From contig CAWDVP010000003.1 in the NCBI GenBank assembly GCA_963805945.1, positions 1 to 64,000 on the forward strand: a DNA stretch of 64,000 nt, given 5' to 3'. Numbering within the stretch: position 1 is the stretch's first letter; every line of letters starts with the position of its first letter. This stretch comes from Vulcanimicrobiota bacterium (GTDB lineage Bacteria; Vulcanimicrobiota; Vulcanimicrobiia; Eremiobacterales; Eremiobacteraceae). Position numbers and translations under genes: made by a program. Below the pieces are notes generated by a model that was given only the letters and a program-made list of their open reading frames with translations, was not told the DNA's origin and did no database searches. Of the stretch, positions 1 through 8,405 are shown piece after piece.

Positions 1-723
1 GCGCGCCGCGCCGGGGTGCTTCGGCGCATGCTCGAGCAGGCTCGCGAAGGTGAGCCTCGCTCCGGCGGGGACCACCTCGTCAGGCGGCGGGAACGCGCGC
101 TCATCGATCGCCAGTATCTCCCAGCGCCGGGTCTGGCGCAGATCGCGGACGCTCTGGCCGGCGCAGTCCGCCTGCTCGGACGTGATGTGACCGAAGATGA
201 GCAGCTGCTCCGAATAGCGTGGGAACTCAATCGCCTGGTAGACGTCCGGATTGAGGATCGACGCGGCGAACGTCGCCGCCGCGAACGTCTCGGGGCTGAC
301 GGCTTCGCTGTTCTGAAGATTGGAGACGATCTTGCGCCCGAGCCAGCGATTGAACTGGCGCAGGATGATCCTGATGCCGGGGTTGAGATCGCGCGCCGCC
401 AGCGCGACGCGCAGATTGAGCTGGTCGTCGGTGCTGATCGCGAGAATGGTCGTCGCCGTCCCCACGCCGGCGCGCGCGAGCACCGCCGGACTGCGCGGGT
501 CGGCGATCAAATGGCTGACGAGCACATGATCGATATCGACGTCGTGCGGACCGCCGACCCAGATGGCAGCGAGGCGTTTGCCGGCGCGCGCGAGGGCGCG
601 GCAGACCTCGATGCCGAGCTCGTCGTGGCTGAGGGCGAGGACGATATCGACAGCCAGCTCATGCGAGCCAGGCTGATGGGCCGAGTCGACCGCGCCGGCC
701 GAAAAGGCCGCTTCGCTTGCCAT
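1..723 (-). CDS. TrkA-N/RCK (NAD-binding) domain protein of the potassium channel/transport family; 3' end runs off the window
   Basis: My own translation (absent from the ORF track): ATG at 723 after GGAGGGAG, giving MASEAAFS...DPRSPAVLARAGVGTATTILAISTDDQLNLRVALAARDLNPGIRIILRQFN...EAVSPETFAA, a typical RCK-N signature. Open to position 1. Confidence 0.8.
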   Translation of the reverse strand, partial: MASEAAFSAGAVDSAHQPGSHELAVDIVLALSHDELGIEVCRALARAGKRLAAIWVGGPHDVDIDHVLVSHLIADPRSPAVLARAGVGTATTILAISTDDQLNLRVALAARDLNPGIRIILRQFNRWLGRKIVSNLQNSEAVSPETFAAATFAASILNPDVYQAIEFPRYSEQLLIFGHITSEQADCAGQSVRDLRQTRRWEILAIDERAFPPPDEVVPAGARLTFASLLEHAPKHPGAAR

Positions 724-782
724 AGGCTCCCTCCGACGAGGCGATTCGGCACTGCCGTCCCCCGCCTGGTGCGCGTCGCCCT

Positions 783-810
783 GGGCCGATCTGAAGATCG
801 GCCCCTACAT
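783..810 (-). repeat. REP-like palindrome, family A (ATGTAG-GGGCCGATC-TTCA-GATCGGCCC)
   Basis: 9-bp perfect stem, 4-nt loop and GTAG foot on the minus strand; 28 bp identical to 50004-50031. Confidence 0.85.
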
Positions 811-884
811 TGAGGTTTCGATAATGCCGATACAACGCATAGGGACCAGGATTGGTCATGGGATGACCGGGGGTGCTTTGTAAA

Positions 885-1334
885 GTGCCAAGATCTAGGC
901 GCTGGACCACGGATATCGGTCCGCAGGAAACCGCCTCGCAGTTCAGCCGCGGCACCACTAAGTGGGAGCCGACGCTCGCGTTTCCCAAGACCGGCGCGCA
1001 TCGCGCCACCATCGGCGACCGCCTCTTCGCCGAAGTCCACATCGACGTGAAGATCCAGCAAGAACGCGGCATGAGCCATGACGGCTTCGAGGGCACGAGC
1101 GCCCGCTCGGTCCAGCCGTTCATCGAGAGCATCGTCTACGATTACTTGGGCGTCGAGGACGGAAACACGCTGCTCGTGCGCGAGACCTCGCGCCAGGGCG
1201 AGCGCATCGACCGCGCCACGCTCTACGTCCGGCTCGCGGCCGAAGGTCCTACCAAGATCCGCTTCGCGTCCGGCGTCGTCAGCGTGAACATCGACGACGA
1301 ACAGGTCGCCATCGTGCGCTGGCTCGGCCCCTAG
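885..1334 (+). CDS. Hypothetical protein (start uncertain: GTG 873/885 or ATG 1071)
   Basis: Open frame with strong GC3 codon bias, convergent with ETF-QO; no recognisable motif. Confidence 0.6.
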   Translation: MPRSRRWTTDIGPQETASQFSRGTTKWEPTLAFPKTGAHRATIGDRLFAEVHIDVKIQQERGMSHDGFEGTSARSVQPFIESIVYDYLGVEDGNTLLVRETSRQGERIDRATLYVRLAAEGPTKIRFASGVVSVNIDDEQVAIVRWLGP

Positions 1335-1346
1335 CCTAGCCCCTCT

Positions 1347-3083
1347 CTAGAGGCCCGTGTAGACCGGGCCGCCCCCGCCCTCCGGCGGCACCCAATCGAT
1401 GATCTGATACGGATCCATGATGTCGCACGTCTTGCAGTGGACGCAGTTGGCGAAATTGATCCGCAGCCGCTTGCCGGAATCTTGGAAACCGTCCTTGGTG
1501 ATCGGCGGTGCGCCGACCGCGGCCGGGATCATCTCGTAGACCGCCGCCGGGCAGAAGTACTGGCACGGGTTGCCGAACTCGGTGGCGCAGCGCGTCGCGC
1601 AGATGTCCGTGTCGGCGACGAGGAGATGGCACGGCGAATCTTCGTCGTGCTTCGTGCCGCTGCGGAACACATCGTCGAGCTTGGAGAAGGTGAGCGTGTT
1701 GTCGTACACCGGCCGTTCGAAACCGGGCACGTCGCGGCCGAAGTAGTCGACGAGTTTCTCCATGCGCTCGTAGCCGGCTTTGCCGGGCAGGCGATCGTGG
1801 ATGAGGAAGCCGCGCCCGCCGCTGATCATGCCGAGCGAGGTATTGACAAGTCCAGCCCAGCGACCGTGATCGAAACCCTGGTGGAAGTTACGCGCCTCAC
1901 GCAGGTCGTTGCGGATCCACGACACATCAATGCGCCGTTGATACGCCGAGAGCGTCTGCGCAGACGTATCGCCTTTGACGAGCGCGTCGTAGATGGTCTC
2001 GGCGGCGAGCATGCCCGACTTCATCCCCAGGTGGATGCCTTTGAGTTTCATCGGGTTGAGCATGCCGGCGGTGTCGCCGACGAGCAGCACGCCGTCGGCG
2101 TATGGCCGCGGCATCGCGAACCAGCCGCCCTCGGGGATCGCCTTGGCGCCGTAGCGGAACATCTGGCCGCCGGCGAGCAGCTTGGCGACGTCCGGATGCG
2201 TCTTGAACTTCTGGAACTCGGCGTGCGGCTCGAGCCTCGGGTTCTTGTAATCGAGTCCGACGACAAGGCCGATATCCCAGATGTCGTCGGCCATCGAGTA
2301 CAGGAAGCCGCCGCCGAAGGTGTCGTTGTCGAGCGGCCAGCCGAGCGTGTGGACGAGCTGGCCGGCGGGCGTCGAGCCCTTCGGCATCTGCCACAGCTCT
2401 TTGATGCCGATCGAATAGACTTGCGGATTGCGGCCCTCGTCGAGCGGCAATGTGCGTAACAGCTGCTTGGCAAGCGTGCCGCGCGGCCCTTCGCCGAGCA
2501 CGGTCACTTTGGCGATGAGATCCGGACCGGGCTCGTAGTTGCTCTTGGGCTGACGGTTCTTATCCAAGCCCTTGTCGCCGACGCGCACGCCGAGCACGCG
2601 CTGCCCGTCCATGAGCAGCTCCTGGCCGGGAAACTCGGGGAAGACCTGGACGCCGAGCGCTTCGGCCTGCGCGGCCAGCCACTTCACGATCTTGTTGAGG
2701 CTGGCGACGTACTTGCCCGAGTTGTTCATCGGGGGCGGTTGCATCGGGGACTTGAGATACCCGGTCTTGTTGATGAACCACAGCGCGTCGGAGGTCACCG
2801 GGCTTTCGACCGGGCAGCCGGCGGCGAGAAAATCGCCGAACAGCTCTTTCATGGCGCGCGGGTCCATCACCGCACCGGAAATGCCATGATCGCCGATAGC
2901 ACGCGCCTTGTCGATGACGAGGATATTGTCGGTGGAGAGCTCTGGGCCGGGCTTCGTGCCGGCCTTCACCGCGGCGTTATGCGCCTGATAGAGCTGCGCG
3001 AGACGGATAGCGCCCGCGAGGCTCGCCGGGCCTGCGCCGACAAACACGACGTCGAGCTCGAGCAGATCCCGTTCTTGCGCCAT
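1347..3083 (-). CDS. Electron transfer flavoprotein-quinone oxidoreductase (ETF-QO)
   Basis: FAD motif VFVGAGPAS, LGEGPRG, GIKELW, PEGGW, KGIHLGMKSG, 4Fe-4S motifs CQYFCPAAVYE and NCVHCKTCDIMDP, C-terminal WVPPEGGGGP. Confidence 0.95.
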   Translation of the reverse strand: MAQERDLLELDVVFVGAGPASLAGAIRLAQLYQAHNAAVKAGTKPGPELSTDNILVIDKARAIGDHGISGAVMDPRAMKELFGDFLAAGCPVESPVTSDALWFINKTGYLKSPMQPPPMNNSGKYVASLNKIVKWLAAQAEALGVQVFPEFPGQELLMDGQRVLGVRVGDKGLDKNRQPKSNYEPGPDLIAKVTVLGEGPRGTLAKQLLRTLPLDEGRNPQVYSIGIKELWQMPKGSTPAGQLVHTLGWPLDNDTFGGGFLYSMADDIWDIGLVVGLDYKNPRLEPHAEFQKFKTHPDVAKLLAGGQMFRYGAKAIPEGGWFAMPRPYADGVLLVGDTAGMLNPMKLKGIHLGMKSGMLAAETIYDALVKGDTSAQTLSAYQRRIDVSWIRNDLREARNFHQGFDHGRWAGLVNTSLGMISGGRGFLIHDRLPGKAGYERMEKLVDYFGRDVPGFERPVYDNTLTFSKLDDVFRSGTKHDEDSPCHLLVADTDICATRCATEFGNPCQYFCPAAVYEMIPAAVGAPPITKDGFQDSGKRLRINFANCVHCKTCDIMDPYQIIDWVPPEGGGGPVYTGL

Positions 3084-3094
3084 GGATGCGCGGT

Positions 3095-3979
3095 CTACAG
3101 CAGCGCGCCGGTGGACTTCGCTAGCGTGCCGCTCGCGTTGACGGCGTTGACCGTGTAGTCGCCGTCGGGCAGCGCTTTGCCCTTGAACGGCACGATAATG
3201 CTGATGAAGCCGGTCGTCGTGCGCGCCGGGATGGTCATCGGGATGGCCACTTTGATCGGCGCGCTCTTCGGCGCGATGATCGAGAAGCTGTCCACGTCCA
3301 CCTTTGCCGCGCCCGCGTTGGTCATCGCCAGCGTGATCTCATAGTGCGGGCCTGCGCCGGCGACCGAGACCGCGGAGATCTCGACGCCGTCGACCGAGAG
3401 CGCGCCTTTGGGATCCTTCTCGTCGAGCGGCACGAACGGCAGGTCGGTGGGCGGCAGATCGGCGGTGCCGGTGACGATCGTCTTGCCGGCGCTGTCGAGG
3501 AACGTCATGGTGATCGTCTTGGCGTATGCATCTTCTTTCTTCGATTTGAAGGCGACGAGCTTGACGTCGGTCGTCGTATCGGGCGGGATGGTGAGATCGA
3601 GTTTCGTGTCGCCGACAGCCACGCCGGCGTCCGCGCCGACGGAAAGTTTCGAGACGGTGACCGCTTTGGTCGTCGCGTTCTTGAGCGCGTAGGCGAGCTC
3701 GATCAAGCGCGGCGCTTTGACCGGATCGTCTTCGGCGCCGTCGTACGCGAAGCGCGCGGTGGTGCTCACGATGGTGAGCAGTGAATCCGAAGGTGCGCCG
3801 GGCGACGCCGACGAGTTAGCGCCCTGCGGGCCGGTGCCGTTCGCTTGAGGCTGGCCGGCGGCTGGTGCAGGCGGGCCAGGCACGGGCGGCGCCCCGAAGC
3901 CGGCGTTCTGGCTGCAGGCGGCGACAAGGGCGGCGGCGACCAAAGCTCCAGCCGCTCGGAGCATAACACGGGTGGGCAT
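3095..3979 (-). CDS. Hypothetical lipoprotein with a Pro-rich linker and two beta-rich domains
   Basis: Lipobox LVAAC after a hydrophobic stretch; internal repeat (YALKNA.. / LAMTNAG..). Confidence 0.7.
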   Translation of the reverse strand: MPTRVMLRAAGALVAAALVAACSQNAGFGAPPVPGPPAPAAGQPQANGTGPQGANSSASPGAPSDSLLTIVSTTARFAYDGAEDDPVKAPRLIELAYALKNATTKAVTVSKLSVGADAGVAVGDTKLDLTIPPDTTTDVKLVAFKSKKEDAYAKTITMTFLDSAGKTIVTGTADLPPTDLPFVPLDEKDPKGALSVDGVEISAVSVAGAGPHYEITLAMTNAGAAKVDVDSFSIIAPKSAPIKVAIPMTIPARTTTGFISIIVPFKGKALPDGDYTVNAVNASGTLAKSTGALL

Positions 3980-3991
3980 AGGACGAGCGCT

Positions 3992-4019
3992 ATTCGGCAC
4001 CGGGAAGCGGGACGCCTCC
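3992..4019 (-). promoter_or_regulatory. Putative SigH-like promoter AGGC-N18-GAAT
   Basis: GGAGGC-gtcccgcttcccggtgcc-GAAT, 12 nt before ATG 3979; same geometry recurs upstream of several genes. Confidence 0.45.
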
Positions 4020-4022
4020 GGC

Positions 4023-4856
4023 TTAGAAGAAGGGGTTGTGGGCCCGCTCTTCGCCGATGGTGGACGGCGGTCCGTGGCCCGGCAGCACCACCGTGTCGTC
4101 GGGCAAGGTGAAGATCTTGGCGCGCGAGCTGTGCAGCAGATCCTCGTAGCCGGTCGTGTCGCCGAAGATGCCGCCGACCGAGCCCGCGAACAGCGTGTCG
4201 CCGCTGAAGATCGAGCCTGAATAGATGAAGCAGATCGAGCCGTCGGTGTGGCCGGGCGTGTGCACCACGCGGATCGAGCCGTCGCCGAACGGCAGCGAAT
4301 CGCCGTCGCTCACCGCGAGCGCGCCATTGGCGAGGTCGCCGAGTGCGGGCGCGTCGAGCCGGTGCACGGCGATGCGCGCGCTGGGGAACGCGTGGCGCAG
4401 ATCGGGCACGCCGTCGATGTGGTCGGCGTGCTTGTGTGTCACCAGGATGTAGTCGAGCTTCACGGGCGAGCGGCGCAGCGTCGCGACGATGTTGGGCACG
4501 CTGCCGCCCGGGTCCACGAATGCCGCGAGCCGCTGCTTCTCCAAGATGACGAAGTAGCCGTTGCTCGGGTGCGGCTTGTTCACCTGATGGCCGATGTGAT
4601 GCGGCAGCGGCTTCTCGGCGGGCCGCCAGCGGGCGAGCGCGATGTCGGCGAGCTTGCCCGGATCGAGTCCGAGCTGGGAAGCGAGCGAACGCGCCTCGCT
4701 CTCGGTCGGCGCCGCTTCGTCGCGCGTGAACTGGACGACACGCGCTTCGTCGACGCCCGCGCGCGCCGCGAGCTCCGGAAGTTCGATACGCGTGCCGCGC
4801 GCCGCTTTGCGCACGATATCGCCGAAGGTGTCCTCGAGGTCGAGTTTGACGATCAT
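4023..4856 (-). CDS. MBL-fold metallo-hydrolase (glyoxalase II-like) with N-terminal XRE-like HTH
   Basis: THKHADH (HxHxDH), HTPGHT, SGDTLF, PGHGP; N-terminal LEDTFGDIVRKAARG...ELAARAGV helix-turn-helix. Confidence 0.9.
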   Translation of the reverse strand: MIVKLDLEDTFGDIVRKAARGTRIELPELAARAGVDEARVVQFTRDEAAPTESEARSLASQLGLDPGKLADIALARWRPAEKPLPHHIGHQVNKPHPSNGYFVILEKQRLAAFVDPGGSVPNIVATLRRSPVKLDYILVTHKHADHIDGVPDLRHAFPSARIAVHRLDAPALGDLANGALAVSDGDSLPFGDGSIRVVHTPGHTDGSICFIYSGSIFSGDTLFAGSVGGIFGDTTGYEDLLHSSRAKIFTLPDDTVVLPGHGPPSTIGEERAHNPFF

Positions 4857-4863
4857 GCCGCCG

Positions 4864-6429
4864 CTATTCGGCGGCGACCGGGGCCGCCGCCTTGCCGATC
4901 GGCGTCCCCCGCAAGAACGGGATGACGACCATGGTGACGATGAGCGACGCGGCGAGCGCGAGCGCGCAGTCCTGGAACGCGGCCACGTAGGATTGCTGCG
5001 TCAGTTTGCCGGCGATCGACGCGAGCGCCTGTTGCGCCGCGGTGGTCGCGTCGAAGCCGCCGCGCGCGATGAAGCCGTTGGTGATGGCCGTGATCTGGGC
5101 TTGGGCGGCGGCGGAGAACTGCGTGACCGCCTCGCCGTAGCGCTCGAAGTGGAAGCGCTGCCGGTGGACGAGCAGCGAGGCGAGGATGGCGATGCCGAAC
5201 GAGCCGCCCAACGTGCGCGTGAGATTGAAGAGCGACGAACCGTCGGCGCGCTCCTGCGGCTTCAGGCCGGTGAGCGCGATCGCGCCGATCGAGGTGAACA
5301 TGAGAGGCAGCGAGGCGCCGCGTATCATCTGGATCTCCATCATCTGGGTGAAGGTGTACTGCAGATCGATGCGGCTCTGCAGCCACAGCGCGAGCGCGAA
5401 CGTGAACAGTCCGGCGAAGATGAGGATGCGGGCGTCCACGAACGACGCCAGCCGGCCGACGATCGGGAACATCACCAGGCTGACGAGCGCGGCGGGCATG
5501 AGCAGCAGGCCGATCTCGAGCGCGGTGTAGTCGAGGATGTTACCGGTGAACAGCGGCACCAAGAAGAGCGAGCCGAAGAGCGACGCGCCGAGCATCGCGC
5601 CGGCGAACGAGCCGATGGAGAAATTGCGGTTCTTGAAGATGCGGATGTTGATGAGCGGGTGCTTGTCGGTCAGCTCCACGTAGATGAAGGCGACGAACGC
5701 TGCCGCCGAGATGAAACTCAGCCAGAAGATGTAGGGCGACTGGAACCAGTCGTTCTTCTGCCCCTCTTGCAGGACGACTTGGAGCGTGCCGAGCCAGATC
5801 GCGACGAGGGCGAGCCCCCAACCGTCAATGGGCGCCGCACCGCGGCCTGCGGTCACCTCGCGATTCTCGTGGATGAACATGAAGGTGAAGAGGATCGACA
5901 GCGACACCAGCGGGATGTTGACGTAGAAGATCCAGGGCCACGAGAGCGTGTCCGTGAGGTAGCCGCCAAGCGAAGGCCCGATCGCGGGGCCAAGCGTGGC
6001 GCCGATGCCGTAGAGCGCCGAGGCCATGGCGAACTCTTGCGGCGGGAATGCCTCGAGCAGGATGGTGAGCGAGACCGGCAGGATGGCGCCGCCGCCGATG
6101 CCCTGCAGCACGCGGAAGAAGATGAGCGAGCCCAAGCTCCACGACAGGCCGCACAGCAACGAGGCCACGACGAACAGCACTTGGCTGAATATGAAGTAGC
6201 GGCGCAGCCCGAAGATGCTGGAGAGCCAGCCGGTCGCCGGGATGACGATGACGTTGCTGATGAGGTAGCCGGTGATGACCCAGTCGATCTGGTCGACCGC
6301 CGCGCCGAAGGACGCCTGCATGTTCGGCAGCGCGACGTTGACGATGCTCGCGTCGAGCACCGCCGTCAGCGCCGCGAGCATGACGGGGATGGAGATCAGC
6401 CACTTGTTGCCGATCAGTCGTGACGGCAT
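4864..6429 (-). CDS. emrB: DHA2-family 14-TMS MFS efflux permease (EmrB/QacA)
   Basis: LDASIVNVALP, WVITGY, FRVLQGIGGG, GPSLGGYLTD..WPWIFYVNIP. Confidence 0.92.
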   Translation of the reverse strand: MPSRLIGNKWLISIPVMLAALTAVLDASIVNVALPNMQASFGAAVDQIDWVITGYLISNVIVIPATGWLSSIFGLRRYFIFSQVLFVVASLLCGLSWSLGSLIFFRVLQGIGGGAILPVSLTILLEAFPPQEFAMASALYGIGATLGPAIGPSLGGYLTDTLSWPWIFYVNIPLVSLSILFTFMFIHENREVTAGRGAAPIDGWGLALVAIWLGTLQVVLQEGQKNDWFQSPYIFWLSFISAAAFVAFIYVELTDKHPLINIRIFKNRNFSIGSFAGAMLGASLFGSLFLVPLFTGNILDYTALEIGLLLMPAALVSLVMFPIVGRLASFVDARILIFAGLFTFALALWLQSRIDLQYTFTQMMEIQMIRGASLPLMFTSIGAIALTGLKPQERADGSSLFNLTRTLGGSFGIAILASLLVHRQRFHFERYGEAVTQFSAAAQAQITAITNGFIARGGFDATTAAQQALASIAGKLTQQSYVAAFQDCALALAASLIVTMVVIPFLRGTPIGKAAAPVAAE

Positions 6430-6435
6430 GGTTCG

Positions 6436-7635
6436 CTAGTGGTTGCTCGTATCGATGGTGATTTCGGCGGAGAGGCCCTGGCGCAGGAGGCGCGAGGGAT
6501 CCGACTGCTTATCGATGGCGACGCGCACCGGCACGCGCTGCACGACCTTGGTGTAGTTGCCGGTCGCATTGTCGGGCGGGATAAGCGCGAAGGTCGAGCC
6601 GGTGGCGGCGGCGATGCTCTGCACCGTGCCGCGGAACTGCGCGTGCGGATAGGCGTCCACTTTGATGGTGACCGGCTGCCCGACGCGCACGTTGGTGAGC
6701 TGCGTCTCTTTGAGGTTGGCGGTGACCCACACGTCGGACGGGTCGACGATCGCCAGCAGCGGCTGCCCGGCGACGATGTAATCCCCGACGTTAACCGAGC
6801 GCTTGCTCACCACGCCGTCGAGGGGCGCGACGATCTTGGTGTACGCGAGTTGCAGGTTGGCCGCATCGAGCGAGGCCTTGGCCGCCGAGGCTTGAGCGGC
6901 GCTCGTCGAGACTTGCGCTTCCTTTATCTTGGTGGTGTCCGTGCCGGTCTGCGCCTGCGCGAGTTCGGCGCCGTTGGCTTGGAGCTGCGCCTGCGCGCGC
7001 GCGATGCCGGCCTGCGCCTGGCGCACGCCGTCAGCGGCGGCCTGTTTCGCGGCGTTCGCTGATTCCCAGGCGGCTTTCGTCGCGTCGGCTTGTGACTGCG
7101 GGATGGCGCCTTGCGCCACGAGCATGCGGGAGCGCTGCTCATCATTGGTGGCCTTGACGAGATTGGCGTCTGCGGCCCTTAATTGCGCCTGCGCGGAGGC
7201 AAGCGCGGCGTTAGCGGTGATGATGCCGCTTTGGCCTTGGTCGACTCCGGCGCTGGCTTGCGCGACCTGAGCCGAAGCGATCGCTTGCTGTTGCGGCACG
7301 CCGACGACCGCAGCATTATGGCCGGCGAGCGCCTGCTGGTAGGCAGCCGCGGATTCGGCCGCGGCGGCTTTGAGATCGCGATCGTCGAGCTGCACGAGCA
7401 GGTCGCCCTTATGCACTGCCTTGTTGTCGTCGACGTAGACACCGGTGACCTGGCCCTTGACCCGCGCGGCGATGGTGGTGATGTTGCCGTCCACCTGCGC
7501 GTCGTCCGAGGTCACGTGGCGCGAGGCGTAGATAAGATAGGGGATGCCGACGATCAAGAGCAGCGCCACCACGCCGATGATGACCGGGATGACGATGCGC
7601 CGGCGGCCGCCGTTCTGGTTTGGAGTATCAGCCAT
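6436..7635 (-). CDS. emrA: HlyD/EmrA-family membrane fusion protein
   Basis: N-terminal TM, SDDAQV, coiled coil, ANLKETQL, FALIPPDNATGNYTKVVQRVPVRV. Confidence 0.93.
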   Translation of the reverse strand: MADTPNQNGGRRRIVIPVIIGVVALLLIVGIPYLIYASRHVTSDDAQVDGNITTIAARVKGQVTGVYVDDNKAVHKGDLLVQLDDRDLKAAAAESAAAYQQALAGHNAAVVGVPQQQAIASAQVAQASAGVDQGQSGIITANAALASAQAQLRAADANLVKATNDEQRSRMLVAQGAIPQSQADATKAAWESANAAKQAAADGVRQAQAGIARAQAQLQANGAELAQAQTGTDTTKIKEAQVSTSAAQASAAKASLDAANLQLAYTKIVAPLDGVVSKRSVNVGDYIVAGQPLLAIVDPSDVWVTANLKETQLTNVRVGQPVTIKVDAYPHAQFRGTVQSIAAATGSTFALIPPDNATGNYTKVVQRVPVRVAIDKQSDPSRLLRQGLSAEITIDTSNH

Positions 7636-7644
7636 GCCTAAGGT

Positions 7645-8196
7645 CTATTCGCGGAATGGCTCGACTTGCGGGATATCGAGCGTCTGGATGTGCTTGCGCA
7701 GGCAGTCGAGCCAGCCGGTGATCGCCACTTTTTCATCCTCGTCAAGACAGTTGCCGATCTTGTTGACGAGCTTGTGGTGGATGGGGCCAAGCCATGCGAT
7801 GAACTTCTTACCCCTTGGAGTCAGCTCGGCGAGCACCATACGCCGATCCTCGGGATGGTCGAGGCGCTGCACCAGGCCGTCCTTGACGAGGCCGTCGATC
7901 AGGCCTGTGATGTTCGCGCGGGTGACGACGAGGTGGTCGCCGAGGTCGGAGAGCTGCATGCGCTTCTCCGGGCTTGCGTCGAGCGCCATAAGGATGTTCA
8001 TGCGACCAGGGGTCACCTTGACGTCGCCGGTGTAGGCCTCAAGGACCGAGGTGAGCTCACCGACGGTGCGGCGCAGGGTGACCACGAGGTTGACGGTGGC
8101 GAAATCGCCGTGGGTCTTGGCGCAGTATTCCCCCAAACTGCGGCGGAATATGGCCATATCGTCTTTCGGGACGGTCTCTTGCGGTTGGTTCTTCAT
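7645..8196 (-). CDS. MarR-family transcriptional regulator (EmrR-like)
   Basis: VTRANITGLIDGLVKDGLVQRLDHPEDRR..LTPRG winged HTH; first gene of the emrAB operon. Confidence 0.92.
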   Translation of the reverse strand: MKNQPQETVPKDDMAIFRRSLGEYCAKTHGDFATVNLVVTLRRTVGELTSVLEAYTGDVKVTPGRMNILMALDASPEKRMQLSDLGDHLVVTRANITGLIDGLVKDGLVQRLDHPEDRRMVLAELTPRGKKFIAWLGPIHHKLVNKIGNCLDEDEKVAITGWLDCLRKHIQTLDIPQVEPFRE

Positions 8197-8207
8197 TCAG
8201 CCTTTGT

Positions 8208-8261
8208 TTAGCCCCTAATGGTTAATGGGCTTATTATATTGCCGGGAGGGATGTGAGTCAA
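8208..8261 (-). promoter_or_regulatory. Sigma70 promoter (TTGACT-N17-TATAAT) with probable MarR operator
   Basis: -35 TTGACT at 8261-8256, -10 TATAAT at 8238-8233, 17-bp spacer. Palindrome TTAG-CCC-CTAA at 8208-8218 and a degenerate copy at ~8223-8233. Confidence 0.8.
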
Positions 8262-8405
8262 GCCCAGGAGCGGCCGGGGGTATAGTGGGATGCGGGAAAA
8301 CGGACAAGTTCTGACGCCAGTTCGCGGAACGTCCTCTCGGCGGCGGTAGCGGCTAACGTCCGGTGCGATTGTGTTCGGTGGCCCTTCCCCCCGTCAACGG
8401 AACGA

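Noticed and set aside
16..813. 265-aa plus-strand ORF in the track
   Set aside because: Antisense shadow of the minus-strand TrkA-N gene (ATG 723 with RBS); Arg-rich, no motif.
1500..1520. 8-bp hairpin in the ETF-QO C-terminal loop as another REP insertion
   Set aside because: No foot motif or second copy; such stems are expected by chance at this GC content.
8281..8349. TATAGT followed by a 19-codon ORF (MRENGQ...) divergent from marR
   Set aside because: Too short, with no RBS or codon signal; at most a remnant at the accessory-block edge.
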